DNA of 62,092 bases, the filler included, from Porpidia crustulata (lineage: Eukaryota): assembly GCA_964255105.1 (NCBI GenBank). It is 6 parts of 6 records of this genome, joined end to end, with 100 filler letters (N's around TTAATTAATTAA, not from the genome) between each part and the next. Parts side by side here need not be neighbours in the genome. Positions count along the whole stretch, not along the records: positions 41,469 to 51,730 come from CAXUWE010000803.1; positions 51,831 to 62,092 come from CAXUWE010000804.1; 4 more parts are not named here. The stretch is one strand, 5' to 3'. Position 1 is the stretch's first letter. Every line of letters begins with the position of its first letter. Shown here one piece after another: positions 51,031 through 62,092 of this stretch. Position numbers and translations under genes: made by a program. The notes below the pieces were generated by a model. The model made no database searches. It worked only from the letters and a program-made list of their open reading frames with translations, and was not told the origin of the DNA.

Positions 51031-51730
51031 ATGGCGATCCGAGGTCAGCGTTTCCACATCGACTTGGATTCAGACGAAGAGACTGATAGGCCTAAGCCCC
51101 CAAGCTCAGCCTTTGCCGGAGGATTCCCAACTGGTCTTGTCGAAGATGTAAAAGAGAGATATCCGTCGGATCTCAAAATCCCATCAGCTCCTAAGATCAG
51201 AAGCTCCCAAACAGGGTTCCCTGCACATGGGAAACGGTCAAAACCATCGGCGTTCAAGCAACGTAGAGTTGATTCTGAGCCCTCTGCGCTCGCACCACAG
51301 AATATTACACAGCATGATCGTACAGAGACAGTGCCGCTAGCTCCTACAGGGAATAATGGGAGCTCCACAAATACCAACAAGGAGGCTCCTGTGACCGGTT
51401 CTGGAGTAGAGCGTCAAAGAATTGATGAAGAGAACAAGCAGCGGCTTGCAGGAATGTCATTGAACGAGATTGAAGAGGCTCGGCGGGAGTTGATGAATGG
51501 CTTGAGTCCATCTCTGATAGAGAGGTTATTGAGGAAAGCAAACATCGACGAAGGACGGACAGACACACGCTCAGACTTTAGAGCCTCGGAGAAAAACACC
51601 CCAGAGCTAAGCCTTGAGAATTCAAGACGAAAGGTCACCTTTGAGGAACCAGATTCGATCTCACCAGTACATTCACCTCAAACCAGCAAACACCCCTCAA
51701 ATCCAGACCCTGAAGCCCCACCACTCACCC
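51031..51730 (+). CDS. RBA50: RNA polymerase II assembly factor Rba50/RPAP1, 5' part (truncated)
   Basis: MAIRGQRF..., TGFPAH...SAFKQRR, RPAP1_N-type IDEENKQRLAGMSLNEIEEARRELMNGLSPSLIERLL. Confidence 0.88.
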
Positions 51731-51830
51731 NNNNNNNNNNNNNNNNNNNNNNNNNNNNNNNNNNNNNNNNNNNNTTAATTAATTAANNNNNNNNNNNNNN
51801 NNNNNNNNNNNNNNNNNNNNNNNNNNNNNN
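51731..51830. other. Artificial contig spacer
   Basis: N44-TTAATTAATTAA-N44. Confidence 0.99.
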
Positions 51831-52000
51831 GAATTGAGCATTGAATTGAGCATTGAATTGAGCATTGAATTGAGCATTGAATTGAGCATTGAATTAAACA
51901 TTGAATCAAGCATTGAATTAAGCATTGAATTGAGCACTGGGTGGGCATTAAATTGAATATTGTGGTATTGAACTAAGCACTGAGTGAACATTAAACGAAG
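51831..52000. repeat. 12-bp minisatellite (TTGAATTGAGCA)n decaying rightwards
   Basis: About 9 good units at 51831-51936, then degenerate units; one further unit (ctgagtgaagca) follows the MITE. Confidence 0.93.
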
Positions 52001-52002
52001 TA

Positions 52003-52128
52003 CTCGTTTTCACCCCTCAACGGAACACACCCCTCAAAGGAACAGCAGGCCTAGGGTTAGGGTTATTTTACTAGTTTGAGCCTAGTTGTTCCGTTGAGGG
52101 GTGTGTTCCGTTGAGGGGTGAAAACGAG
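52003..52128. mobile_element. 126-bp MITE (Tc1/mariner-pogo type, TA-flanked), near-perfect copy
   Basis: TA|CTCGTTTTCACCCCTCAACGGAACACACCCCTCAAAGGAACA...TGTTCCGTTGAGGGGTGTGTTCCGTTGAGGGGTGAAAACGAG|TA; 42-bp TIRs with one mismatch; core ctagggttagggtta. Confidence 0.93.
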
Positions 52129-52326
52129 TACTGAGTGAAGCATCAAATTCGATTTAGATTTGACTGTTTTCGTGATCGTTTTCGCTAAATTCTCATCTTG
52201 CACCGAGATGGCGACCCTCTAGTATTCTTTATTAAACAAAAGAATCTGATGAAGATAACTCAGTTCATTTCTACCTGATTCACGAACCTGTCTTTATTTT
52301 ACCTAACCTACGATATAACTGTCTCC

Positions 52327-53100
52327 ATGTCATTTGTGAAGCCCGACGGAACTTGCTTCCATTTTTACTCGGAGAAATTTCTTGGGACTGGAACGAATTC
52401 GATCGTCTTGCGCCGTGGCCCTCATGCACTTAAAATCCCCAAAGTTCGAGACACGAAAACCATGTCCGAAAAACATCGCGAGGATGGAGAATATGTCAAC
52501 GAAGTAAATCGCAAAACGCTGGAATCGGAGAAAGCGGTATACCTGCGGGTTGGACGCTGTGATGGGATCGCCAAATGTATCAATATCTCCAAAGATGGCA
52601 TTCTACTCGCACTTTATGAGCGAGGTGATCTCGAAAGCTATGTCGAGGGTGAAGTCGAGGTTGATCGGTCTCGGAAAGCGGGATGGATATTATCCATAAT
52701 CAAAACGATACTCCACTTTCACAACGCGAAAGTTCTGGTGGATGACATGACGCTTCGAAATATACTCATCGCGGACGATCTATCTCTCAAAATGATCGAC
52801 TTCGGCCAATGCCCTCTGTTCCCAATGGACACCGATATCAATGCGGTCAGTGATCATGGCTTGACTGCCCAAGCCGACATCTTCCACCTCGGCTGCGTAA
52901 TCTACTCTATCGTGACCTGGAAACGGTACGAGTGCGATCTCTTTATGCGCGGCTGGACGCGACCATTGCTCAGCGATCTCCCTGAAGTCGACCAGCTCTT
53001 CTGCGGGGATATCATACGAAAATGCTGGTCTGTGGAGTACACTAGTATGGAGCATCTGTATCGTGACACACACGTGGCTTTAGAGAATGCCATTCATTAA
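52327..53100 (+). CDS. Intronless protein kinase-like protein, 257 aa
   Basis: LGTGTNSIV, ALKIP, alphaC Glu (ESEKAVY), catalytic loop VDDMTLRNIL, IDFGQ, DIFHLGCVIY, IIRKCW. Confidence 0.85.
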   Translation: MSFVKPDGTCFHFYSEKFLGTGTNSIVLRRGPHALKIPKVRDTKTMSEKHREDGEYVNEVNRKTLESEKAVYLRVGRCDGIAKCINISKDGILLALYERGDLESYVEGEVEVDRSRKAGWILSIIKTILHFHNAKVLVDDMTLRNILIADDLSLKMIDFGQCPLFPMDTDINAVSDHGLTAQADIFHLGCVIYSIVTWKRYECDLFMRGWTRPLLSDLPEVDQLFCGDIIRKCWSVEYTSMEHLYRDTHVALENAIH

Positions 53101-53967
53101 ACTCGATGCTGCCAAGATAGCGATGTGAAGCAGTATGAAAGTGTTTGAAGCAATAAGTCAGGTTACTGCCTAGTATATATGAGTAATACGAAAACCAGTC
53201 AAGTAGCGAGCTGCAACCAACCCTCAACACTCCGCTTTTAATTCTCTAACACTACGTCGCTTGCACTCAACTTCTTATCTACCGTCCCTAAACCTGTTAA
53301 CCTAGCTCTGATCGTTATTCGGTTTAACATAATTCTTCGGCAAAATCAAGTCAGGCCGAGCCGAAACTTCCCGCTGTGTTGGCAAGATGACCCAGCTCCA
53401 GTGACTTGGACATGTGGGCACACAACCAATGAGCCCCCACAAAGTAGAGTCATATGGTGCGTGGCTGCAGATCAAAGAGGAAGTGTATGCGCTACGATCC
53501 AGAGAACTTCGAAAGCCTCGAGCCACAGTCGACTCTTTGCCTGCCTAAGTTGTCGGAATGAAGGACCTGGCGAAGGAAAGGACGGCAAAGGCTCGGGCAG
53601 CGGTAGTAGTGGTTCCACGTCGGCTATGGCCGGGTCCTCCGTCGCAGTGGGAGCACAGCTTACAGGTAGTACATCTCCCGGACCTGAGTCGAGCCGCAGC
53701 TGCGAGGTCGAATAGGTCTGTCCTGTTCTGCATGCACGAGAAAGGTGGACAAATACATAAGGCCGTACTGGAATATGAGATGCTGTGGCTACTCTACTCA
53801 ATCTCGAAGAGTTCGCGCTGCTCCAAAAGGCTCGCAGCAAGAATCTAAGCTGGGTTACGTGGTTAGAAACAGACTTGTTGAAATCTGGGCGTTGTGTTTT
53901 GCAGGGCTCTGATGAAGGAGTGCAAATGGCCAGAATGCTTGTGACGGCGGTTTGATGTCGAGACCTC

Positions 53968-54495
53968 CTACTTTCGACTTCCCTTTCTCTCTTTTCAACC
54001 TTGCACCAATCCCAGCGCGATAAGTCGGTCTCCGTCCATCCAAGACGATTTTCATCGAACAAGATATTGCTTGCGGGGCCTCCCGCAGCCCTGCTTCGCA
54101 TTCCTTTCTTTGATGATTTCTCCTTCCCAACCCTTCTGTTCGTAGATGACAGCCGTTCGAGATCGTTCGCCTGATAACCCCATCGTACCATCATCGCTTG
54201 GATCTCCCTCAATGCCCATCGAGTAAGACGGAGTAGGTCGAGGGGTTGCGATGGGGTGGGGTTTGGAGGGTGTATACATGCTGTCGTCCCACTCATCCCC
54301 CATCTTCGTTTCCTCGTCTGAAGACAGCCGTGGCGAAAAGCGGCCGCGTTTGATACGACGTTTCACCCGAGGCTTCTCGCCAGCGGTAGACAGAAACCGC
54401 TTCTTCGTGGAACGCAGCGAAGGCGTCTGATTCTTGATATTATCATCATCTGGTTTCCTCTTCATCGTCCGCGTATGTGTCCGCCTCTTTCTCAT
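53968..54495 (-). pseudogene. Chromo-like domain protein pseudogene
   Basis: Basic N-terminus then WEGEIIKERNAKQGCGRPRKQYLVR*KSSWMDG...LVQG*KE; TGA at 54054-54052 and 53997-53995 where Trp is expected (YLVxW..SW). Confidence 0.6.
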
Positions 54496-56577
54496 CTTAC
54501 TGATCTTTCTTGTCTCGGCCCATTGGTGAATCAAGCATGAGACCCTCGCGATTTTCGTTATTAAATTCGCACGTTTGCTCGCCGAGCGTTTGATGAGAGA
54601 ATATTGCGATGTGAGGAAGAGATATTCGAGATTTGAAAATTAAATTCGATTGAGCATTATCGCTTCAACTGACATGAAGCAGCCATCAGGATGTTCGGAC
54701 ACTAAGTCTAATTACGGTTCTCATAACAATCTTATTTACTACATTCGTTCTGTTAGAAATTAATAATTTAATATTTTTATTAACTGTACTGGTCTATCAT
54801 ATCTATGAACAGCTGCAAATAGAAGAAAGGCATTCGTCCTTGAGAAAGTCATGGTGGGTTAGAATCCCCGTAAAGTGTTTGATGTTCAGGCTTTTTTGAG
54901 CATATAAGAAAGGGGGCAGGCATGGTTTTCAAGCTGAGCAATCTTGGAGATGGATTGCTAGATTGATTCTAGGCGGAATTGAATCTGTAGGGGAGCTAGA
55001 AAGTGGCAGGGCTCTTGCCACGTTGATTTTGATAAAGGATAATTGCGTTGGCAACCCGAGACTATGAACGTATATATTTGGGCCCGTGCGGGAAAAGCAC
55101 ACGCCATCACCATCCTGATATCGTTGTACCTATATCCAGGCATCTCCCCGGTGGGCCTGCCTGCTACTGCTGTATCCGTATCCTTATCCTCCATTCATGT
55201 TCTCACCCAGTAGGTCTCAGTTGCCTTACCCAGTAGGTCTCAATTGCAAGCCGTGTCGTGTCCTCCGGATTCAGTCCATGTGGTCGGCGGTGTCGGGAGG
55301 GCTGTTCAAGATTCTGATTTCGCAGTGATACCACCGGATGAACTTAGCCTTGGAGGATTTGTACCGGATCCAGGAGATTATATGGGTCCGGAGTGGAGGT
55401 GGGTAAACATTGTTGGTAACGTTGACTCAATAACGGCGTGAGTGCATATCTTCCATACTAGGGCTTAGTAGATGGGTATTTTGAAAGCCGATTTAGTACC
55501 CTTTTTACCAGATATTGTCAGCATTTGTCTAAGACCTCGAGTGGAAAGGCTTACTGTTGGAGGAATGCGTGCCTAGGGTGGTTTTGGTGGGAAATAAAAC
55601 CGTACTCTGGCGATGCGTGACAATGATTCGGGTATCTCGTACTGATGATCCAAATCACTGGTCTGATGTAAGGGCATGAGATGAGGTTTCGCAGAAATCT
55701 CATCTTCTCGCTTGTCGTTGGTATTTTCTACGAAACATTTGCTAAGAAAAACGGTGGTGGACAGTACCTTTAAGCTTCAGCGGTCAAAGGACTTATGTAT
55801 TGGATTGTATGGTACATGAGATGATGCTGGATGAAATGTTGTTATAGGAAAGCTCGACGTACGTAGCATGAATTTAGCCATCATGGTAGCCACCCGCTGT
55901 CTATGGATAGTAAACATGCGCGGGATATCATATTCCTGGGCTGGGGAGTATCAGATGGCTTTCCAGAACCTACAGTACTGGTAAAAGGTGCATATTGTAG
56001 AATAGCAAACATGAATCCTTATCCGGTGTGCCCCGGGTTACACTTGCTGCTGAAATTCCACATGCCATTGAACGCCCTCCATGGAATTTTTTCGATTGGC
56101 ATTGCAATGTCACCTACATTGGAAGACGCAATATGACGCGGATAGTAGGGAGGCAATGCAAAGAGACTAAAGTGAGATATATGGTCAAACGCAATAGCAA
56201 AGGATACGCGAGTCCATGTCGCGCAGTGGAAGATTATGGATAGAGACAGAATTGATGTGATATTATATAATTTAGCTAATGCAAGATAGCTCGAGCAAAC
56301 AGCAACACTCGATGAGATTCATCATTAGCAGATTACCTGTCTTAGTTTCAACAGGTTGTCATGTGAAAGCAGAGCCAAGGCTTCGGAAGGGTGGGAATTT
56401 CTCGCAAGTCGACTCAAATTGCCTTGAGAGATCTAGATGATTATTCTTGTCAAAGGGTGCGTGGTATTCGTTGCAGCCATGAAGGAACGTATCTCTTGAC
56501 AGCGATACTGGGTGGAGAATGTAGATAGAGTGCCGAAGTCCCAGTGTTTCGTGACATCGAGCTGCAGATTAGGCATT

Positions 56578-56627
56578 ATCACTCAAGCATATCACTCGAG
56601 CAGATCACTCGAGCAGATCACTCATAG
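56578..56627. repeat. 13-bp tandem repeat (ATCACTCGAGCAG), about 3.7 units
   Basis: atcactcaagcat atcactcgagcag atcactcgagcag atcactcatag. Confidence 0.85.
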
Positions 56628-59600
56628 TAGCTCTAGAGTATCGGATTGATCTAATCAGGACCTCTCATTCTGCGTTCCTGCATCGGGGACACCGGAAGCA
56701 GCGCAATAGAGCTGCAAGTTACTAACGGCTTCACGGCACATGCTCTCTGAGTGATATATCAATTCTCACAGGACCAAGTCAACACCCAATACTCAAGGAT
56801 AAGGGTGGAAGACTAGGGTACCTAAATATTAGATAGATCGTAGATGTCGAGATTAGGTTGTACGGCCTAAAGACGGCGGTCTTGGAGTGTCTAAGGTAGG
56901 TACCTAGCACTCCTACTGTAGTGCCCGGAAGGGCACTAAAGTGCCTAGTGTTACCTTCTTGTGCATTAACAAGGAGGGTAAGCTAGGATGAAGGACGGGA
57001 GTATGGTGGGTACCATTGAAAAGTGATCTATCACTCAAGTGCTCCTCAAGACCTCCCCTGCTCGTGATCCTTCCGGTATGTTTCTAGAGTGCGGTCGACT
57101 ACGAGACTCAGCGATGGCAAGATTGATAAGGTATCCATGAGCTGCAAGATCAGTACCCCGAAAGGTCATGTTGATTCTTCAAATTGATCTCACCCAGCAA
57201 CAATTGTGCTGATCTGTGTGGGTTGCCGACTGTCCTGTGGGCAACATCCCTCGCAGCCTCTGAGACTTTACCGATCCACCCAGGCGCCCAGGCACGCCAT
57301 GGCACACCGCCGTGACGCAGGGTGATGGATGACAGGCTAGCCCACATCAGCAACCCGACAGCCATAAGATCACTTCATGCAAGAGACATGGATCTTTTCG
57401 GCATTACGCCCGTACAGATGCCGCCCAACATTATTACCAGGCAGCGCACGGCTTCCAGCGGCAAGCAGCACAGTCAACGGTAAGGTACTCTGGCACCTGG
57501 ATAGATTGATCGTATCTACTTGATGCATGGACAATCCAATTCGAGCCTGAAGCATAGAGTAAACGTTTCAGTGATGGGGTCAAGTCGCCTAGTCCGTACC
57601 TCCGTCCTATTCCTTCCGCTAGCTTTCCACCTTTCTTGAATATCCTATCAGACCTTGCCATTTGCAACATTGTTCTCTTCTCCGTACTTCTGTGACCTAA
57701 TTCCAGCAGATTTAATCGTACTCGTTAGGACGGAGTAGATTTCCTATGACATCATGACTTTTGAACGCCCCGTTCAACACCGCGACATGAATGATAGGGT
57801 GGATCCTCACCTTGGAAATTATTTCTACCCAATCAAGTTCGTTTGCCTCGGCTTTCCCCCTAAGGACGCAGCCTTTTCGACTAACGGTGTCGACATCAAT
57901 TTTGACCAAAATCCTGTTCATCGAATAATTTAGCGTCTGTGGCACGTCTAAATTTCTTCAAATAAAATCCATACGCGTAACTGCTATGCTTGAGCTTCTA
58001 GGTGACGAGTGCTTTGGCACGCACCGACGCGTGGACTGGACGAATTTGCGACCGTTGCTTCTCCCGGTCGCCTCCACACTGACAGGCTGGTTCTACCGCT
58101 CTGAAAGCAGCGCCGAATTCCTTAGAAGCGTCGGTTTAGAGAGAAATTCTTTATCCTATCGTAACTTGGAATTTCGAAGTCAAACGCGTCTCTAGCACGG
58201 AGCGCAAGCCTTCGAACCAGCCTGTCGACAGTCTCAGCGGGCCTCTTCGAGGCAATCGATAGTTCGCTCAGACGAGAAGCCTTACATACCTGGAGCCAGC
58301 CGCAATTCTACTCTGTACCCCTGGTCTTGCCCGACTACACCTATCTTCGCGTAAAGAGTGCATCGATCGGTCACGGAACAGACCAACGATGGTGGCAGAT
58401 CTTGTGTAGTTCAGGACTCTATGACGCCAATATGTCTGGAACCGATCTATCGAGCGTGGTAAATCCGCAAGCCTCTTTGTGTCAAGAGCCAAACACCTTT
58501 TCGAGACGTTAGCCTTCGGTTAGTCTCCTTCAAAGCTCGACTGAGCCCGCATTTTTTGGTCACAACAAAATGAGTCTTGCAAAGACTATTTCACCACCTA
58601 GCAGCGGATGCCCAACACCGGATGCGTTCTTTCCTCTTTTCGAAGGTGAAGTAGAAAAGGAAAAGGAAAAGGAAAAGAAGAAGAAGAAGAAACCTGCGGA
58701 GATACAGAGAGTTGGCACTTGTCTTTGAAAGCCACGGCGTCGGTTCGTGTGCCAACCCTTAGTGTCTTTAAGTCAAGATTGGCACAACATTTCCGTCAAT
58801 GATTTGTGTTTCATCGCAGTATAGACGGTATGCCCCTTTGTGTTCTTTTCTAAACTTATGCATCGGCCTAACACGCCTCCGATGTCCAGGTCAACTACAA
58901 ACTGGAAAATAAGGTCAAGGAATACTGGCATTCTCAAAAGGCCATTATATATACTGTGCTTGCATCTACCAGTACCATCTGGCGAGGTGGCAAAGGCAGC
59001 ATGATTAGGTCATACTTTTGGGATAGCTGACCTAGCTAACATTCTTGGGGCTCGGTCAATTAGTTCTCGCTACTTCTCATTGAACATCTAGTGATATCCT
59101 TCAAGTCGGATGTAGAGCATTCGATCATACGCAGAAACTCTTATACAATGGCAGCAGTCGGGCTGATGGAGGCGATCATAGTTTGATGCAATATCTTGGT
59201 GTTTTGTGTTCGCGGCTCATGTTGGTTGTATCTGCTATGATATTCCTCGGAGTGTACGCTATGCTGATCCAAGTACAGTTCATTGAATGTGATGCACGGG
59301 ATGATTCTCCAAAAGACTATGTCTCCTACGCTCTTTTGGCCATCTTATACCCACGGCTAATGAATTCGCATCAATGATTGGGCCAATTATACCGAATGGA
59401 CTGCGAATGTAGTGGCTAGCTTGAACGCCCCAGCGATAAAATCTTCAGAAGCTTAGCCAATCCACCACAATACCATACAAGGCATTCCGATCGTACGCTC
59501 TTTTCATAGCGGATTGGTCAAATAGAAGGAGGGAAGGCGGGTCATTGTGATCATGAAGGCCATAGACGGCATTATTATACGCTTGAATGTCTCTCTGTGA

Positions 59601-62092
59601 GCTAAGAATCTCCCCACGAAACCTTATGATGCCATTGAGGATTCGACCGAAGGTCAAAGTCATACTTACTATAGCATAATTGTTGCTACAACCGAGACTT
59701 AGGATGGTTTGTGAGTGTGTAACCCTCGAAAGGCACTACAACTACCTTCAAAGTCCTTTCTTCGCTAACAAAGTCAAACGGCTTCCAATGGTTGTTGTCA
59801 CGTTTTGGGTCGAAATGTTTTGTGGCGCCGAATTTGTCACTGCTAAGCTAGTGTGACAACGTCCCTTTTTTTCAAATCCTTTTTCTTCTTGTCTTTAACA
59901 TGCCCCTTTTTTCTTAAGTCCTTTTGCTTCTTGCGTTGAACATGCCCCTACAATTCGTACGAAGAATTTAGGAGACCGTAGCTTCTACCAAACTACTCGC
60001 TGTTGTCCGTGTACTCGGTTTTACTTTTGCGCCTCCTAAACCAAAGGTCTTACCTCTTACTTCCCCTACATGGCTGGAAGGCGCAAGGACTTTATCAGTA
60101 TTGAGCATCCCTTTTTTCTCAGTGTTAGTATGTCCATCACCAAAGGAAGCTATCATAAGAGAGGCACGAATTGCAGCGGCCCATGGACATCATGTGTTGT
60201 GTCACATGGTCGGTTGATGAACTGCGCGCCAGTGCTAGGGTACCCCTGGAATCCTGGGAACTCTTACGCTTGAACCGCGGTATTGTCAACATGCCTATAC
60301 TCCTGATCAAGTGATACCTTTAGATGCTTTATTCGTTACGATACGATGGCAAAGTCTATCATTATGGACGTGCCAGGCAGTTCTTATGGACCTAGACACA
60401 CATTGCTCCATCCGGAGAATTTTCTATTCAGTCTATCGAAGCTTGACGTTCACTTTGTCTCAGATCCAGATCCGACAGCTGCAAAGCGTCTAAGCTCAAT
60501 GCTTTAAAGTGACTACCTCAGCTCAGTACTTTCGAAACATGAGACCCTCTGGTAACGCCCAAGAGCACTAGATGCGATGCCAAAAGTTCCCTTAAGAAAT
60601 GGAAACCTTGTCGATGATCCCATATCCAGAGCATTCCACTAGATTCGTGTGTCCCGACCGTTCAGGTCAGCCAAACAACAGCATAATTCCCGGATCGGTT
60701 GTCATCAGTCTGATGTCTGCAACCTCAGTGTAATATTCGCAAGGATTCTTTCTCCCCTTGGCCGAAATGTGATGTACTGCCTTTACTGACTGGCAGTACT
60801 GCGAGTACGTGTTAGAATTGGACCTTCCAATGCCTGATTCAATAGACGCGCAGCGTTCCACTGCTCCAAGGACCTCGCCTCAGTCTTTGGCTCACGAGAA
60901 TCTACTCGTCGTGATGACTTCCAATTGAGTTATCGGATATCATCGCTCTCGCAGGTCGTAAATACCTTACCATGATCTGAATAATGGCAAACCCACACAA
61001 GGACCCTTTCCACATGGAAGAGCAGGCGCAAGCTAAAACCTAGGGGCAAGATAATAGAGCAGTGGAAACGTACGGGATCTCAGAGCATGTTTATCATTGA
61101 GTGGTCTTTCAAAGCCTCAATGGCAAAGAGCTTAGAAGTATCTGTGAAACTTAGAGCAACATTGTGGGGAAATTGAAACATCAAATGCAGTACATTGAGG
61201 TTTATGGCAGGTGATCAGTGGTCTAGGGGCTAGTAAGGGCCGCGTAGAACGTTACAAGGACACTACGATGACGGAGAGACCAGGCGACACTAGAGTACTG
61301 CAGCATTAACGCTCACGCCACCAACTTTCAATGTCAGCTAGAAGCTAGAAGAAGCCAACTAGGCCAACTTTACCAGCGACAATAGGAATCGGACCTATCA
61401 TGATTAAGAACTACACGACCCAAGCTAGTGCATCTTTGACAGGTCACGAATGATGTCTCGCCATGCCGTTCCTTTGCTCATTTCCCACCCTCGTCGAACA
61501 TTCGCTTGTTCACGTCAACAACCCTACCAGCTATGTGAGACATGATCTTGTTACACAACGCTGGCCAATGACCTGGCGAAAATTTATCATGTAACCGAAG
61601 GCTGATGCTGGTATTGCAACATGGGTATATCACTACATCATTGTGGCCATGTGGTCATGGGGTGGTTTTGAGACCGGAAATGGGCCAAGGGAGCTAAATG
61701 ATAAATCGCGTTCGAAGATTCGGTGGTCCCTGTCAAGGGCAGAAGACAAGGAACAGCAACCCTGAGACTTGGCGCAACTCTTGACCTAGAGAAGAGATCA
61801 GCTTGACGGTCGTAAACCTGACCGTTCTCACGAATCCTCAGCTAAGGAAGCGAAAGTCGATTGAACCACAACTATCTCTGCCACAATCTAAACATCAGTC
61901 ATACAAGAACTATCAATTTCCGCTGCGGCATCGACATCCACGATTCGAGGAAGATGGCCACAAATGAAGTCGTGCCCTCGAGTCCTCTTGTATTGATATC
62001 CCATAAATCCCATTACGGACTACCTCCATCGGTATACATAGCTCTAACTTACGGCAAAGATTAGTACAGCAAGCGAAATTCGGAATCACATC

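Noticed and set aside
10271..51830. TTAATTAATTAA palindrome recurring every ~10.36 kb
   Set aside because: Artificial linker between size-sorted contigs. Adjacency across it has no biological meaning, and ORFs ending XXX-LIN are artefacts.
51779..51991. ORF with (LNSM)n repeats
   Set aside because: Translation of the 12-bp minisatellite.
53472..54296. 274-aa minus-strand ORF
   Set aside because: Alternative frame overlapping the chromo-like pseudogene, with no domain signal.

Overview
Fungal nuclear DNA from a filamentous ascomycete (Pezizomycotina; a lichen-forming lineage is plausible but not provable here). The window is not contiguous: six contigs of about 10.26 kb, in decreasing length order, are joined by artificial N44-TTAATTAATTAA-N44 spacers (1-10270, 10371-20639, 20740-31004, 31105-41368, 41469-51730, 51831-62092). 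Contigs 1, 2, 4 and 5 carry ordinary intron-containing genes: a bHLH factor, SFT2, a CAK/Csk1-like kinase with a KIX-like N-terminus, SYP1, a membrane SH3 protein, a Zn2Cys6 factor, NUP49, FIP1, two complex I subunits, UBP2, tubulin cofactor C and RBA50. Contigs 3 and 6 are accessory, decaying DNA. They hold a large pseudogene whose reconstructed product appears to join a GIY-YIG-like nuclease to a UDG-like domain, an MFS pump pseudogene with RIP-like hypermutation mostly in CpC context, an intact Gfo/Idh/MocA oxidoreductase with an 8-nt microexon, ankyrin and chromo-like pseudogenes, an intronless kinase, and two copies of a 126-bp TA-flanked MITE with a telomeric TTAGGG core. All family calls come from motif recognition; no searches were run.
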